A DNA stretch of 64,000 nucleotides from an uncultured delta proteobacterium (GTDB lineage: Bacteria > Myxococcota_A > Polyangia > Polyangiales > JAFGIB01), in contig CAVZVA010000003.1 of the NCBI GenBank assembly GCA_963778655.1, forward strand, positions 849,481 through 913,480. The letters run 5' to 3'. The position numbers and the translations under genes are program-made. Under the pieces are notes generated by a model. That model worked only from the letters and a program-made list of their open reading frames with translations. It ran no database searches and was not told where the DNA came from. Shown here piece by piece: positions 37,573-50,723 of this stretch (position 1 is the first letter of the stretch; each line of letters starts with the position of its first letter).

Positions 37573-39192
37573 CTATCCCGCCGACTTACGCGCGCCGCGG
37601 CGTTTGAGCTCGGCCTGCTCGAACAGCAGGGCGGCCAGCTCGTCGGTAAGCAGACCCATCTGCTCGGCGTGGTACTCGGGCCCGGCCTCGCCGGCATCGC
37701 GCAGTGCCTGCAGCGCCCGCGCGCGCTCGATCAGCTCGGCCTTGCGGGCCTCGAGGTCGTTGCCGGCGGGTGCGGACGCGGCCCCGGGGCCACGGCGCGA
37801 GAACACCACACCGGCGGCGATCGCACCCAGCGCGAGCAGCGCCGCGATCCAACGCGCGGGACCCGGTCCGGGGATGCCGCGCAGCGTGATCTGCAGGCTG
37901 CGCAGCGGGGGATCACCGACCTTGCGCTGGGTTTCGGTCACCCAGAACCTGCGACCGTTGTCGGTGTGGAGCGTGGCCTCGGGCATGCCCGCGACCTCCA
38001 AGCTCATGCCCTCGGGCGCGTCGGCGATCACGCGGTACGCAAACGCCAGCCAGGGGATGTCGAGCGTGAGATGCGCCTCGGAGCCCGAAAGCGGTAGGTC
38101 GAAGCCCCACAGCAGCTCGGCCTGCCCCGGCGGTAGCGAGCCGTGCACGCGCAACCCTTGGCCCGGGGCTTCCACCACGTGCTGATCGGTCATCGACTTC
38201 TGCGACTGCATGGCCATGAAGCCCTTGGGCAGCGGCACCAGCACGCCGGCTTCCGGGAAGACGTAGGTGCTGTTGCCGATGTTGAGCAGCTGCGCTTCCT
38301 GCACCACCTTGATGCGGTCGTCCTTGAGCTCAAGCGAGGTCGCGCCCAGGTACAACACCACCAGCCGACTGTCGCGCGTGGTGGGCAGCCGGCGGATCTC
38401 GACCTGGTACCCACCCGCCGGCGGCAGCCGGAACGGCGTGCTGCTGTACTTCGCGCCCTGGTAAGGAACGTTCACGCGGTAGGCCTGGCGCTCACCGCTG
38501 GCGAGCCCCGAGATCACGGCGATGCCGTCCGCGCCGGCGTGCGCGGTCTGGGTGGAGTGCGTGTTGTCGGATTTCATCTCGCCGATCGACACCTCGGCGC
38601 CCGCGGCCGGCGCGCCCGAGGCATCGATCACGCGCACGCGAATCGTGCCGGTGGGAAGCGACGGGTCCGCGTGCGCAGTCGCCAGCGGGGGTGGCTCGCC
38701 GCCGTGGCCGAGCCCGGCATGCGGGTCGGTTTGCGCTCCGCCCTCCGCATCGGCGGCATCGTCGCCCATGCCCGCGTGTGGATCTTCGCCCGCGGCTGGC
38801 TCGGGCGCAGCCTCGGGACCGAGGCCGAGCCCGGCGTGGGGATCGGCCGGCGCCGCGCCTGCGGGTGCCGCCGTGCCCGGCCCCGAGCCCGCCTGCACGA
38901 CCGGCTGGGCCGCGGGCGTGCCGGAGGTCCCCGGGGCGGCCTGCGCCGCGGGCTTGGTCGCGGCCGCGCCCGCCTTCGCCCCGCGCTCGCCGGCTTGCTG
39001 CAGCTCGCGCGACTCGCGCGCTTTGCGCGCCTGACCGATCAGCTCGGCCGGGCCGCGCGGCTGGGGCTGCGCGCCGGCCTGCGCGACCCAAAGCAGCAGA
39101 GGGCACACGACCAGCACCAGAGCCCGGAAGCTCGTTGCAGCGACCATAGCTTCGAAAGGCCGAAACGGGCTTGCGAGCTGATGGCGCGTCAC
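37573..39192 (-). CDS. Membrane-anchored periplasmic protein with a carboxypeptidase-regulatory-like beta-sandwich
   Basis: Signal peptide, Pro/Ala linker with three DPHAG motifs, GTIRVRVIDASGAP, C-terminal TM helix; translationally coupled to the ccm cluster; start uncertain. Confidence 0.65.
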   Translation of the reverse strand: MTRHQLASPFRPFEAMVAATSFRALVLVVCPLLLWVAQAGAQPQPRGPAELIGQARKARESRELQQAGERGAKAGAAATKPAAQAAPGTSGTPAAQPVVQAGSGPGTAAPAGAAPADPHAGLGLGPEAAPEPAAGEDPHAGMGDDAADAEGGAQTDPHAGLGHGGEPPPLATAHADPSLPTGTIRVRVIDASGAPAAGAEVSIGEMKSDNTHSTQTAHAGADGIAVISGLASGERQAYRVNVPYQGAKYSSTPFRLPPAGGYQVEIRRLPTTRDSRLVVLYLGATSLELKDDRIKVVQEAQLLNIGNSTYVFPEAGVLVPLPKGFMAMQSQKSMTDQHVVEAPGQGLRVHGSLPPGQAELLWGFDLPLSGSEAHLTLDIPWLAFAYRVIADAPEGMSLEVAGMPEATLHTDNGRRFWVTETQRKVGDPPLRSLQITLRGIPGPGPARWIAALLALGAIAAGVVFSRRGPGAASAPAGNDLEARKAELIERARALQALRDAGEAGPEYHAEQMGLLTDELAALLFEQAELKRRGARKSAG

Positions 39193-39752
39193 GACGCGGC
39201 CTCCCCCTGCAAGCGCAAGCCGCACTTCTTGCAGAACACCGCGTCGGGCTCGTTGCGGGTGGCGCATTGCGGGCAGGCCGTGCGCGATGCCGCGGGCTCG
39301 GAAGCCGGGGACGGCGCGACGGCCGGTATCGACGCGCCGGTGGCGGGCGCGGCGGCGGGCTGGGATGCGGCTTCGCTGGCGCCGGCGGCGGGCGCCGCGG
39401 CCAGCGCGTCCTGCAACAGCTTTCGGGCGCGCTCGCGGTGGGGCGCGATCTGCTCGTCGAGCGCGCGCAAGACCTCGCGCGCACGGCCGCGGTAGCGCTG
39501 CTCGAGCTGGCTGAAGTCGGCATCCGAGACCTTGCCCAGCTCGTGCTCGGAGCGCACGTCGCGGATCGCGGTCAGCAGCTCCTGCTTCTCGCGCAGCAGC
39601 GCGACGCGCGCGGCGTTGCGGGGCCCGCCCGGCGCCAGCGCGGACGGCTCGCGTACCAGCAGCACGCGCAAGCTCTGCCACAGCGCGAGCAGGACGAGCG
39701 ACAGGCAGAGCCCGGCCGCCACCACGAAGAAGATCGGCAGAACATCAGCCAT
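39189..39752 (-). CDS. CcmI-like membrane protein with a C-terminal zinc ribbon
   Basis: N-terminal TM helix, EHELGKVSDADF, CPQC...FCKKCG. Confidence 0.7.
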   Translation of the reverse strand: MADVLPIFFVVAAGLCLSLVLLALWQSLRVLLVREPSALAPGGPRNAARVALLREKQELLTAIRDVRSEHELGKVSDADFSQLEQRYRGRAREVLRALDEQIAPHRERARKLLQDALAAAPAAGASEAASQPAAAPATGASIPAVAPSPASEPAASRTACPQCATRNEPDAVFCKKCGLRLQGEAAS

Positions 39753-39773
39753 CGTCGCCGCCGGGCCCGCGCC

Positions 39774-42389
<2,616 letters not shown>

Positions 42390-42566
42390 GCCCTACACCC
42401 TCTAGGGCAGGTCGGCGCTCAAAGCAAGGGTCAGCTGGCCGGGACGCCCGCGCGCCCCGCCCGCGGGCGCCGATCGCCGCCGGCACGGCCGCGTCCGACG
42501 CGCCGTGGCGAGGCCGCGTTCACCCCGGGCCTGGCCATCTCGCGCCCATGGTTTATGGTTGGGCCC

Positions 42567-43610
42567 ATGATCGCCCCGCGAAGCCACGCTGTGGGCAAGC
42601 AGCGCACGGGTCGCGGCGTGCAGCTGCTGCGGCCCGAGCCGCTCGCGCAGTCGGAGCACGCGCGCTTCGAGCGCGACGTGCACGAGGGGCTGAGCAGCGA
42701 GCCCAAGACCCTCCCGTCGATGTACTTCTACGACGATCGGGGCAGCGAGCTGTTTCGCCGTATCATGGACCTCCCCGAGTACTACCTGACGCGGACCGAA
42801 CGCGAGATCCTGGAGCTGTGCGGGCCCCGGCTGCTCGGGCCGCTGCGCGCCGGTCCCTGCGACGTGATCGACCTCGGGGCGGGCGACGGGGTCAAGGCGC
42901 GCATCTTGCTCGAGCACCTGCGCCGCGCGGGCGGCGAGCCGCGCTACTTGCCGATCGATGTCTCCGAGCACGCGCTGTGCACGGTGCTCGAGGCCTGCGG
43001 GCAAGAGCTGCCGTGGCTGCCGGCCGAGGGCGTAGTGGCCGAGTACGCGCAGGGCATCCGCTGGCTCGCCGCGCGCGACGGCGCGCGACCGCGGCTGGTG
43101 CTGATGCTGGGCTCGAATATCGGCAACCTGAGCGTGGAAGCGGCGCCGGCCTTCCTGAGCTCGCTGCGCGCCGCGCTACGCACGGGCGACCACGTGCTGA
43201 TCGGCTTCGACCTGCTCAAGGACGTGGCCGTGCTGCAGCGCGCTTACGCCGACTCGGCAGGCGTGACCGCGGAGTTCAATCTGAACCTGCTGCGGCGCAT
43301 CAACCGCGAGCTCGACGCCGACTTCGACCCCTCGGCGTTTCGGCACTTCGCCGCCTTCGCGCCACTGCGGAGCCAGATGGAGAGCTATCTGTTGAGCCTG
43401 CGCCGCCAGCGCGTTCGGGTCGGCCGCCACAGCTACGAGCTGCAGGCCTGGGAGCCGATCCACACCGAGATCTCGCGCAAGTACCGGCCGGCCGAGGTGC
43501 GCGCGCTGGGGCTGGAGGCGGGCTTCGAGCAGGTGGCGGAGCAGACCGACGAGCGGCACGCGTTCCTGGACGTGCTGTGGCGCGTACCGGAGACCGCAGA
43601 GGCGCAATGA
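42567..43610 (+). CDS. egtD: L-histidine N-alpha-methyltransferase
   Basis: KTLPSMYFYDDRGSELF, PEYYLTRTE, LGSNIGN, AYADSAGVTAEFNLN, IHTEISRKY. Confidence 0.93.
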   Translation: MIAPRSHAVGKQRTGRGVQLLRPEPLAQSEHARFERDVHEGLSSEPKTLPSMYFYDDRGSELFRRIMDLPEYYLTRTEREILELCGPRLLGPLRAGPCDVIDLGAGDGVKARILLEHLRRAGGEPRYLPIDVSEHALCTVLEACGQELPWLPAEGVVAEYAQGIRWLAARDGARPRLVLMLGSNIGNLSVEAAPAFLSSLRAALRTGDHVLIGFDLLKDVAVLQRAYADSAGVTAEFNLNLLRRINRELDADFDPSAFRHFAAFAPLRSQMESYLLSLRRQRVRVGRHSYELQAWEPIHTEISRKYRPAEVRALGLEAGFEQVAEQTDERHAFLDVLWRVPETAEAQ

Positions 43611-44875
43611 GCGCGCACGCCGGGCGAGCGTCGGCGCTGAACGAACGGGCGGGCGAGCTCGCTGCCCGCCTTTTCGAAGTACGCGCCTTCACGCAGCGGC
43701 TGTGCGCGCCGCTCGCGATCGAGGACTACGGCCTGCAGTCGATGGCGGATACGAGCCCGGCCAAGTGGCACCTGGCGCACACCAGCTGGTTCTTCGAGAC
43801 GCTGGTGCTCGGCCCGCACGCGCCCGGCCACCGGCCCTACCACGAGGGCTGGCAGGTCCTGTTCAACTCCTATTACGAGAGCCTGGGCCCGCGGCAGCCG
43901 CGACCGCAGCGCGGGCTGCTCAGCCGGCCGCGGGTGGCCGAGGTCTACGCCTACCGCGCCGCGGTGGACGAGCAGCTGCGGGCGCTGCTGGCGGACGAGG
44001 GCGCACACAGCGATGCGCTGCTCGATTTGGTCGAGCTGGGGCTCAACCACGAGCAGCAGCATCAGGAGCTGTTGCTGACCGATCTCCAACACGGGTTTTC
44101 GTGCAACCCGCTGCTGCCGGCCTACCACGAGGGATCGGCGCCCGCGCAGGCCGAGGGGGCATGCGGCGGCAGGCTGATCGAGCACGAGGGCGGGCTGTGC
44201 ACGATCGGACACGACGGGACGGATTTCGCCTTCGACAACGAGGTGCCGGCGCACCGCGTGTATCTCGAGCCGTTCGCGCTCGACGCAAGCCTGATCACGT
44301 GCGGCCAGTACCAGGAGTTCATCGCGGACGGGGGCTACCGCCGCGCCGAGCTGTGGCTGTCGGACGGCTGGGACGCGCTACGCGCGCAGGGCTGGGAAGC
44401 GCCGCTGTACTGGCGCCTGCGCGACGGGGAATGGCGGCGCTTCTCGCTGTACGGCGAGATCGCGGTCGATCCGCAAACGCCCGTGTGTCACGTGAGCTTC
44501 TATGAGGCCGACGCGTTTGCGCGCTGGGCGGGCCGGCGGCTGCCGAGCGAGCAAGAGTGGGAGATGGTGGCGGGTGCGCACGGGGCGGGCGGGCAGTTCG
44601 TGGAGGACGGGCTGCTCTTGCCGGTGGCGCGCGGGGGTGAGCGCAGCCTGCTCGGCGGCGCCTGGGTGTGGACGCGCAGCGCGTACGAGCCGTACCCAGG
44701 GTTTCGGGCATGCGAGGGAGCGCTGGGCGAGTACAACGCGAAGTTCATGCTCAATCAGATGGTGCTGCGCGGGGGCTCGTGCTTTTCGCCGCGGGGCCAT
44801 GTACGAGCGACCTACCGCAACTTCTTTCCGCCGCACGCGCGCTGGCAGGTGACGGGAATTCGACTGGCGAGCTAG
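43607..44875 (+). CDS. egtB: Ergothioneine sulfoxide synthase
   Basis: SPAKWHLAHTSWFFE, HEQQHQELLL, FDNE, GEYNAKFM, YRNFF. Confidence 0.94.
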   Translation: MSAHAGRASALNERAGELAARLFEVRAFTQRLCAPLAIEDYGLQSMADTSPAKWHLAHTSWFFETLVLGPHAPGHRPYHEGWQVLFNSYYESLGPRQPRPQRGLLSRPRVAEVYAYRAAVDEQLRALLADEGAHSDALLDLVELGLNHEQQHQELLLTDLQHGFSCNPLLPAYHEGSAPAQAEGACGGRLIEHEGGLCTIGHDGTDFAFDNEVPAHRVYLEPFALDASLITCGQYQEFIADGGYRRAELWLSDGWDALRAQGWEAPLYWRLRDGEWRRFSLYGEIAVDPQTPVCHVSFYEADAFARWAGRRLPSEQEWEMVAGAHGAGGQFVEDGLLLPVARGGERSLLGGAWVWTRSAYEPYPGFRACEGALGEYNAKFMLNQMVLRGGSCFSPRGHVRATYRNFFPPHARWQVTGIRLAS

Positions 44876-44961
44876 TTCTCGAAATGCAGCCTCCCTGGCA
44901 CCAAGAGAGCCACAGGAAGGCGGGATCCTCCGAAGCGCCATTTCTGGACGAGCCCCCCCCG

Positions 44962-45420
44962 CTACAGTCTCAGGCCGCGGGGGACCAGGTAGCGTTCGCA
45001 CAGCTCGAACAGGCCTTGGACCAGGAGGGCGAGCAGCGCGGCGGGGATGGCGCCGCTGAGGATCAGGGCCTGGTCGTCGAGGCGGATGCCGGTGAGGATG
45101 GGCTCGCCGTAGCCGCCGGCGCCGATCAGCGCGCCCAGCGTGGCGGTGCCGACGTTGATCACCGCGGAGGTCTTGATGCCCGCGAGAATCGAGGGCGTGG
45201 CCAGCGGCAGCTCGATGCGGAAGAAGCGCGCCCGCGGCGGCAGGCCCAGCGCCTGCGCGGACTCGCGCAGCCCCACTGGAATCCCGAGCAGGCCGGCGTG
45301 GGTGTTGCGCACGATCGGCAGCAGGCCGTACAGGAACAGCGCGCCGATCGCCGGCGCGGCGCCGATGCCGAGCAGCGGGATCATGAACACCAGCAGCGCC
45401 AGCGACGGAATCGTCTGCAG
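44962..45420 (-). pseudogene. 3' fragment of an osmoprotectant/ergothioneine-type ABC permease, truncated at the junction
   Basis: [42 protein letters not shown]; homology stops abruptly upstream of LQTIP. Confidence 0.85.
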
Positions 45421-45688
45421 GTCCGCAACTCCCACCACAACTCCGCCCAACCCCTTTGGAGGCAGCACCCCGCCGCCAATCGTCATAAATGATTCGTTTG
45501 GAACGCCACCAAAGAGCCCCGTCAACCTGCTTGGTGAAGTTGAGAAGTGGGGCATTGGTGCCGCGACGACAGTGAGCAACATAAACATCAATGTCTCTCA
45601 AATGACAGGTGCCCAACTGACCGAGATGTTCAAGAAGCTGCCGGACGGCGTGACGTATGCATTCAACTTGGAGAAGGTGAAGCAATGA
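45421..45688 (+). pseudogene. C-terminal fragment of a probable DUF499-type ATPase
   Basis: [15 protein letters not shown]...TGAQLTEMFKKLPDGVTY resembles the tail I recall for DUF499 proteins; its stop overlaps the next ATG; operon context agrees. Confidence 0.55.
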
Positions 45689-46691
45689 CCGCCGACCGCG
45701 ACCCGAGACTCGATGCTCGTCCTGACCGCGTCGCCTGCAAAGGAGGCGTGGCGGGCCATCTTCGAGAAGCTTTGGGAAATCTTCTCCGCCCCATTGACGC
45801 TGCAGCACGCCGAACAAGAAATTGCAGACCGTGAGCGCAAGGTCGGCGAAATGGAACTTGTTGCTTTCCGGTTCAGCGTGGGAACTCTGGCGTGAATTTC
45901 GAAGGCTCCGTGCCACGCACTGCACAATCCGTGATTGATTTCTGGAACGGCTCACAGGTGGCAAGGCAGTTCTGATTCTCGACGCATTGTCTTTGCGCGA
46001 GTTGCCGTGGCTGCTTCAAGAAGCCAAGCGGCGTGGCTATCAGATTCAACAGGCTGGACGTTCGCGGCTCGGAATTCCGAGCGACACAACACCATTTGCC
46101 AAGGCGCTTGGCTTCGGGCAGCGTTCGTCGCTGGAAAACAACGGCGCTGGAGTTCACGCATGCAACTTCCCGGCGCACGCACCGAAAGCATGAGCGCTGC
46201 ATGGGACTACTGCCTCGACTGGATTGCGTCCGCGCCTGCCATCGTGCTTTGGCATCATTGGCCTGATGACCGCATTCACCAACTTTCCGAGCCGGGTGAT
46301 GGTTTCAAAAGCTCTGCCGTGAGGCCGCGCAACAACTGACCTCTGATTCCTTCTGGAGATGATTGAGCGGATGACAACGGGACGCCGCATGGTTATCACC
46401 AGCGACCATGGCTATGCTGCGTCTGGCATGTTCACGGACGTGGCCAACAAGGAGCAGGCCAACTGGCTCAAGACGAACTTTCGGTAGCAAGCCGGTTCTA
46501 CATGCGGCCCCGGTACTGCCCACCACTGGTCACCACCTATCTCGCTCTGCTTGCAGAACGCGAACGGGATCAATCAGTTCGCTCTCGGTCGCCGCAAATG
46601 GAAGAGCGCAGGGGGCTATCCAACTCTGGCGCACGGCGGATTATCACTGCTCGAAGTCGCCGTGCCATTCATCGAAATTTCGAAGACATAA
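45685..46691 (+). CDS. PglZ-like alkaline phosphatase superfamily protein (frameshifted in this sequence)
   Basis: Read across frames: AVLILDALSLRE, WHHWPDDRIH, VITSDHGYA, LAHGGLSLLEVAVPF. Confidence 0.75.
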
Positions 46692-46697
46692 GGACTC

Positions 46698-49600
46698 ATG
46701 GCCAAGAGCAAAAGGTAAAACGAAGAAAGAACTGCTCGCCGAGCAAATCGCCGATGCCGTCGTGGGCGCGGGCGCGAGGTTGCGGTGGAGACGGTGGACT
46801 TCTCCGACCCGAACCGGCCTAAGACTTGTCTTGAAGTGGATTTCCCAATCATTCCCATAAATCAGATCGCCGCCATTGAAGGCAACGCGTGCAAACCCAT
46901 TTATCAGATGTCCAAATGGTGGGCGCGGCGGCGTTCAAGCGTCTTCCGCTCTATGCTGATCGCTGCGGCGATGAAAGCGCCGGAGGACGAGAGCAAAGCT
47001 GCCAAAGCTGTGTGGGATGTCTACTACGCCAACCACCAGAAGCGTGGCTCGCTCCGACACCTCAAAGTCGCCGACCCGTTCATGGGCGGCGGCACAACCA
47101 TTGTGGAAGGTTCGCGCTTGGGAATGCAGATGTTCGGCTGCGACCTCAATCCTGTGGCGTGGTTCGTAGTGAAAAACGAGATGGCGCAAGTGGACATCGA
47201 GGAAGTGAAGCGACCTGCTCGCCGAAATCGAAGCAGAAGTGAAGCCGCAAATCATGCCCTACTACGCCTGTGACGGCCCGAACGGCGAGAAGGGAAAGTG
47301 GTTTCGGCGTAACGGCACAAAGAAGCGCGACAAAACCCCGGTGCAATCTGATTTCCTCGACGCGGATGAGGCAAGTTTGCCGGCGACTGAGGATAACTGG
47401 GAGGAACTCCCGGCCGTATTCGATATTTTCTCCGTGCCTTGGCAGGAGCGGAGAAACTACCGCTACGAAGGGCCGGAAATCATTTACACCTTCTGGGCTA
47501 AGCACGGACCGTGTCAACGCGAAGGCTGCGGGCACCGCACGCCCATCATGTCCACGCCGGTCGTCGCCATCAAGACACTCAACGTGGATGCGTGGGCCGA
47601 CCACGAATGTCCCGACTGCCGCCAGACCTTCGACGTAGAGCGGCACACCGCACGGATGGCTCCTGATTCGCCGTTGTTCGTTGCGCCCGATGAGAAACCG
47701 TTTGCTGTAATGGACGAGCACGGACATTTTACATGTCCGCATTGCGGGAAGACGAAGCAGGATGAACTCGCCTTTGCCCGTGGAGACTCGTCTGACCTCG
47801 GCAAAGCAAAAAGCAAGAAGGTGGAGTTGACGCTGCTCATTCATCCGCAATGGCTGGAAGGCTGTGCGAAGCACGACGAGCAAGGCCGCGAATATGGTGG
47901 TAGTTCAACCGATTCCGTGGAGGCCACCGTTCGCTGGAACAACGCGCGCGCCGCCAAACTGCGATTGCTAGAAGTACGCGGGTTGGCTGCAATCGAAAAG
48001 GTCAACAAGAAAGGCGAACGCAAGACTGTGATGGTAGTACCACCTGAAGTGACCTGTCCCGAGACCAAGGTGACTTTCTTCACCGACGAGCGCGGCGGGA
48101 CCGTGCCGAAAAAATCAACTTTCGCGTGCGCAGCTGACGGCTCACCCAACGATGTGCTCTCTGCGATCAAAGCAACAACGAAAACGGGGCCGAAAGCAGC
48201 CTACGTCATTCAGGCCTACAGCCCGGCACGGCAAATGACAGGCCACCCGTACCGGGTAGATTCTTCGCTGCCGCATCCAATTCACGCCGTTACAACGCTG
48301 CCTAACGGAATGGGACACACGAAAGGATTCTGACCTTCGGGGCTTCTGGCCGACAAGTGAACTGCCATTTGGGTTCATGACCCACATGAACAACGGCGGG
48401 ATTCCCAACCATGGCTATACCCACTGGTGGAAGATGTTTAATCCGCTACAACTTCTTGTTCACAGCCAATCCTCAAATCCATTCTTTCACGTCGGCGGCT
48501 TACAGGAAGTCAAGGAATGTGTCCTCGGCGCGTTCCAGCAATATCTACGCAATCAGTGAGTTTACGATTTGGAACACGGCGGCGGACAAACTTGAGCCGA
48601 TGTTTTCCAATAGCAACTACCACCCAAAGGCTACACAGGTTGAGAGTGGAGTCTTCTCGAAACTGGGAAGAGGGAACTGTGACGGCGTGTGCGGAAGGTG
48701 CTGTTGAAGGTGCACAATGGGCGCAGAAACCTTGGGAAGCAGTCTCAGCTACGATGCTAGAACAAGTGTCATCTGAGCTCGCAGACGGCATGTCCGGTAA
48801 GAGCGCAAAAGTTGAATTGCGCGACAAAATATGCAGGAAAGCAAGCCTCATTTGCGGTTCCGCTACCGAACTTCATGGAGTCTGACTCCGCATCTCTCGA
48901 CGTAGTCGTCACGGACCCTCCGTTCGGCGGACTGCTTCACTACTCGGAGCTTTCAGATTTCTTCTACGTGTGGTTACGTTTCGCCCTGAGAAGAACGTTA
49001 CCCGGACTTGTTTTTGAGCCGGAATATATGCCAAAGGCACTTGAAGCAGTTGCCAATAAGGCTACGACATCCGGATGACTCTGACACCTTCTACCAACGA
49101 TCCTCACCGAATGCTGGCGTGAAGCATATCGTGTGTTGAAGCCCGGCGGCATCATGGCCTTCACGTTCCACCACAGCGAAGACGAACCTTGGGTTGGTGT
49201 GTTGGAGAGCCTATTTGACGCAGGTTTTTATCTCGAAGCCACTTATCCGATTCGCGGCGACGAAACAAAGGGCGAAGGTGCGGCTCCGGGAACTTTCGGC
49301 TCGCAAACCATCGAATACGACATCATTCACGTCTGCCGCAAGCGCATGAGCAGAGCCGCAGCCCATCAGTTGGGCGCGGTTGCGGCGACTGATAATGGAT
49401 GACGTGCGACGTATCAAAGCTCTTCTCTCACAGCATCAGAAGGAAGGCCTTACCTGCTGCCGACTTGCAGGTAATCAAGCGCGGGAAAGCACTTGAATAT
49501 TTCTCGCGTCATTATGGAAAGGTCTACATCGAACAGGGTCGCGAATTCACTATTCGCGAGGCGCTTGTAGGCATCAACCAGTTTTCGACGATGACGCTGG

Positions 49601-50105
49601 CGCAACAGGGGGGCCGGAAGCGCCTCCCTCAAATGCTGAGCCATACACTCGCCAGTTCTTCCGTCTTTTCTACGAGACGACTCAAGTGCCGCGTGACCAG
49701 ATGCAGAAATTCTTGCGGGGCACCGGCATCGCGCCAAGCGATTTTACCGAGCGCGGTTGGTGCTCGGAGAAGAACAAGATCTTCACCCTTACGCCGCCTA
49801 TCGAGTTGGCACGGGCATGGAAGGGTGCCTCTCGCAAAGGCATGGCGCGGGACTTCGACCAAGCGATGTTCCTCGTGGGCGGCTGCTTTGAGGGCAGCAA
49901 CATTCGGATAATGGACACATTGGACAGCCCGAACTTCGCGCCTCATCCCGCCACAGCAGAAATCGTGGATTGGCTCATCCGCCACGGGGGTTCGCAGCAG
50001 ATTAGGATTGCCGCCCAACGGGCACAGACAATCTACAGAGACTGGTTGGGCAAGAACAAGGCAAAGGCACAGGAACAAATGAGGCTGTTCGATTTGGAAT
50101 CTTGA
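46698..50105 (+). CDS. DUF1156-domain DNA amino-methyltransferase (multiple frameshifts)
   Basis: KWWARR, DPFMGGGTT, DLNPVA, VTDPPF and LKPGGIMAFTFHH; several Cys motifs. Confidence 0.85.
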
Positions 50106-50142
50106 ACGTTCAGAGTGCGAACTGGAGTCGAGGTATCGAAAG

Positions 50143-50667
50143 ATGAATTCTGACCTTCGCGACACCACTTGGATGCAGAGTGGCATTTCAATTCTGTGGG
50201 ACGCCGATGCATTGAATGGTCTCTGCCCCGCGGACTCCGTTCGGAGCCTACGTGAAATGCTGCGGCTATATGAAGGGGGCTGGCCGGAAGACGCGCTCAA
50301 TCTCGTCAACAAGCGAACTCTCGTCATCGCCGGACTCGAAGCGACGATGGACACCCTGAGCCCTGATGAAGCAGTTGAATGGTTGGAGCAGAAAGTATAC
50401 CCAGCCATTCGAAGTTTCCAAGATAACGTGGCCGATGGCGGTGGCGAGGCTGCACTCATTCTCTGGTTCGCGGACCAGCGGCGGCTTGCATACTCTGCCG
50501 CCGATAGTACCCACCACTGGCATTGCACTGGACAGCATCGTTCTAAGTCGATTCCAATTGGCCGGTGTATCTGGAATGGAGCCGAACCCAGTGTTCGAAA
50601 AATCGTCGTCTCCGGTGCGGACGGCAAGCAGCGACATATAGGGCTGTTTCTCAGAAGGATTTCGTGA
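50143..50667 (+). CDS. Conserved-looking hypothetical protein within the defence operon
   Basis: Intact 174-aa ORF with GAGG RBS, between the methyltransferase and helicase. Confidence 0.7.
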   Translation: MNSDLRDTTWMQSGISILWDADALNGLCPADSVRSLREMLRLYEGGWPEDALNLVNKRTLVIAGLEATMDTLSPDEAVEWLEQKVYPAIRSFQDNVADGGGEAALILWFADQRRLAYSAADSTHHWHCTGQHRSKSIPIGRCIWNGAEPSVRKIVVSGADGKQRHIGLFLRRIS

Positions 50668-50723
50668 CCAAAGAATTGACATCGTACGCATCCCCGCTTC
50701 ACGGCATAGGAATCGTCCCCAGT

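Noticed and set aside
45415..45420. PstI site (CTGCAG) at the junction as a sign of a cloning ligation
   Set aside because: CTGCAG is very frequent in the left half (Leu-Gln codons), so the coincidence is weak evidence.
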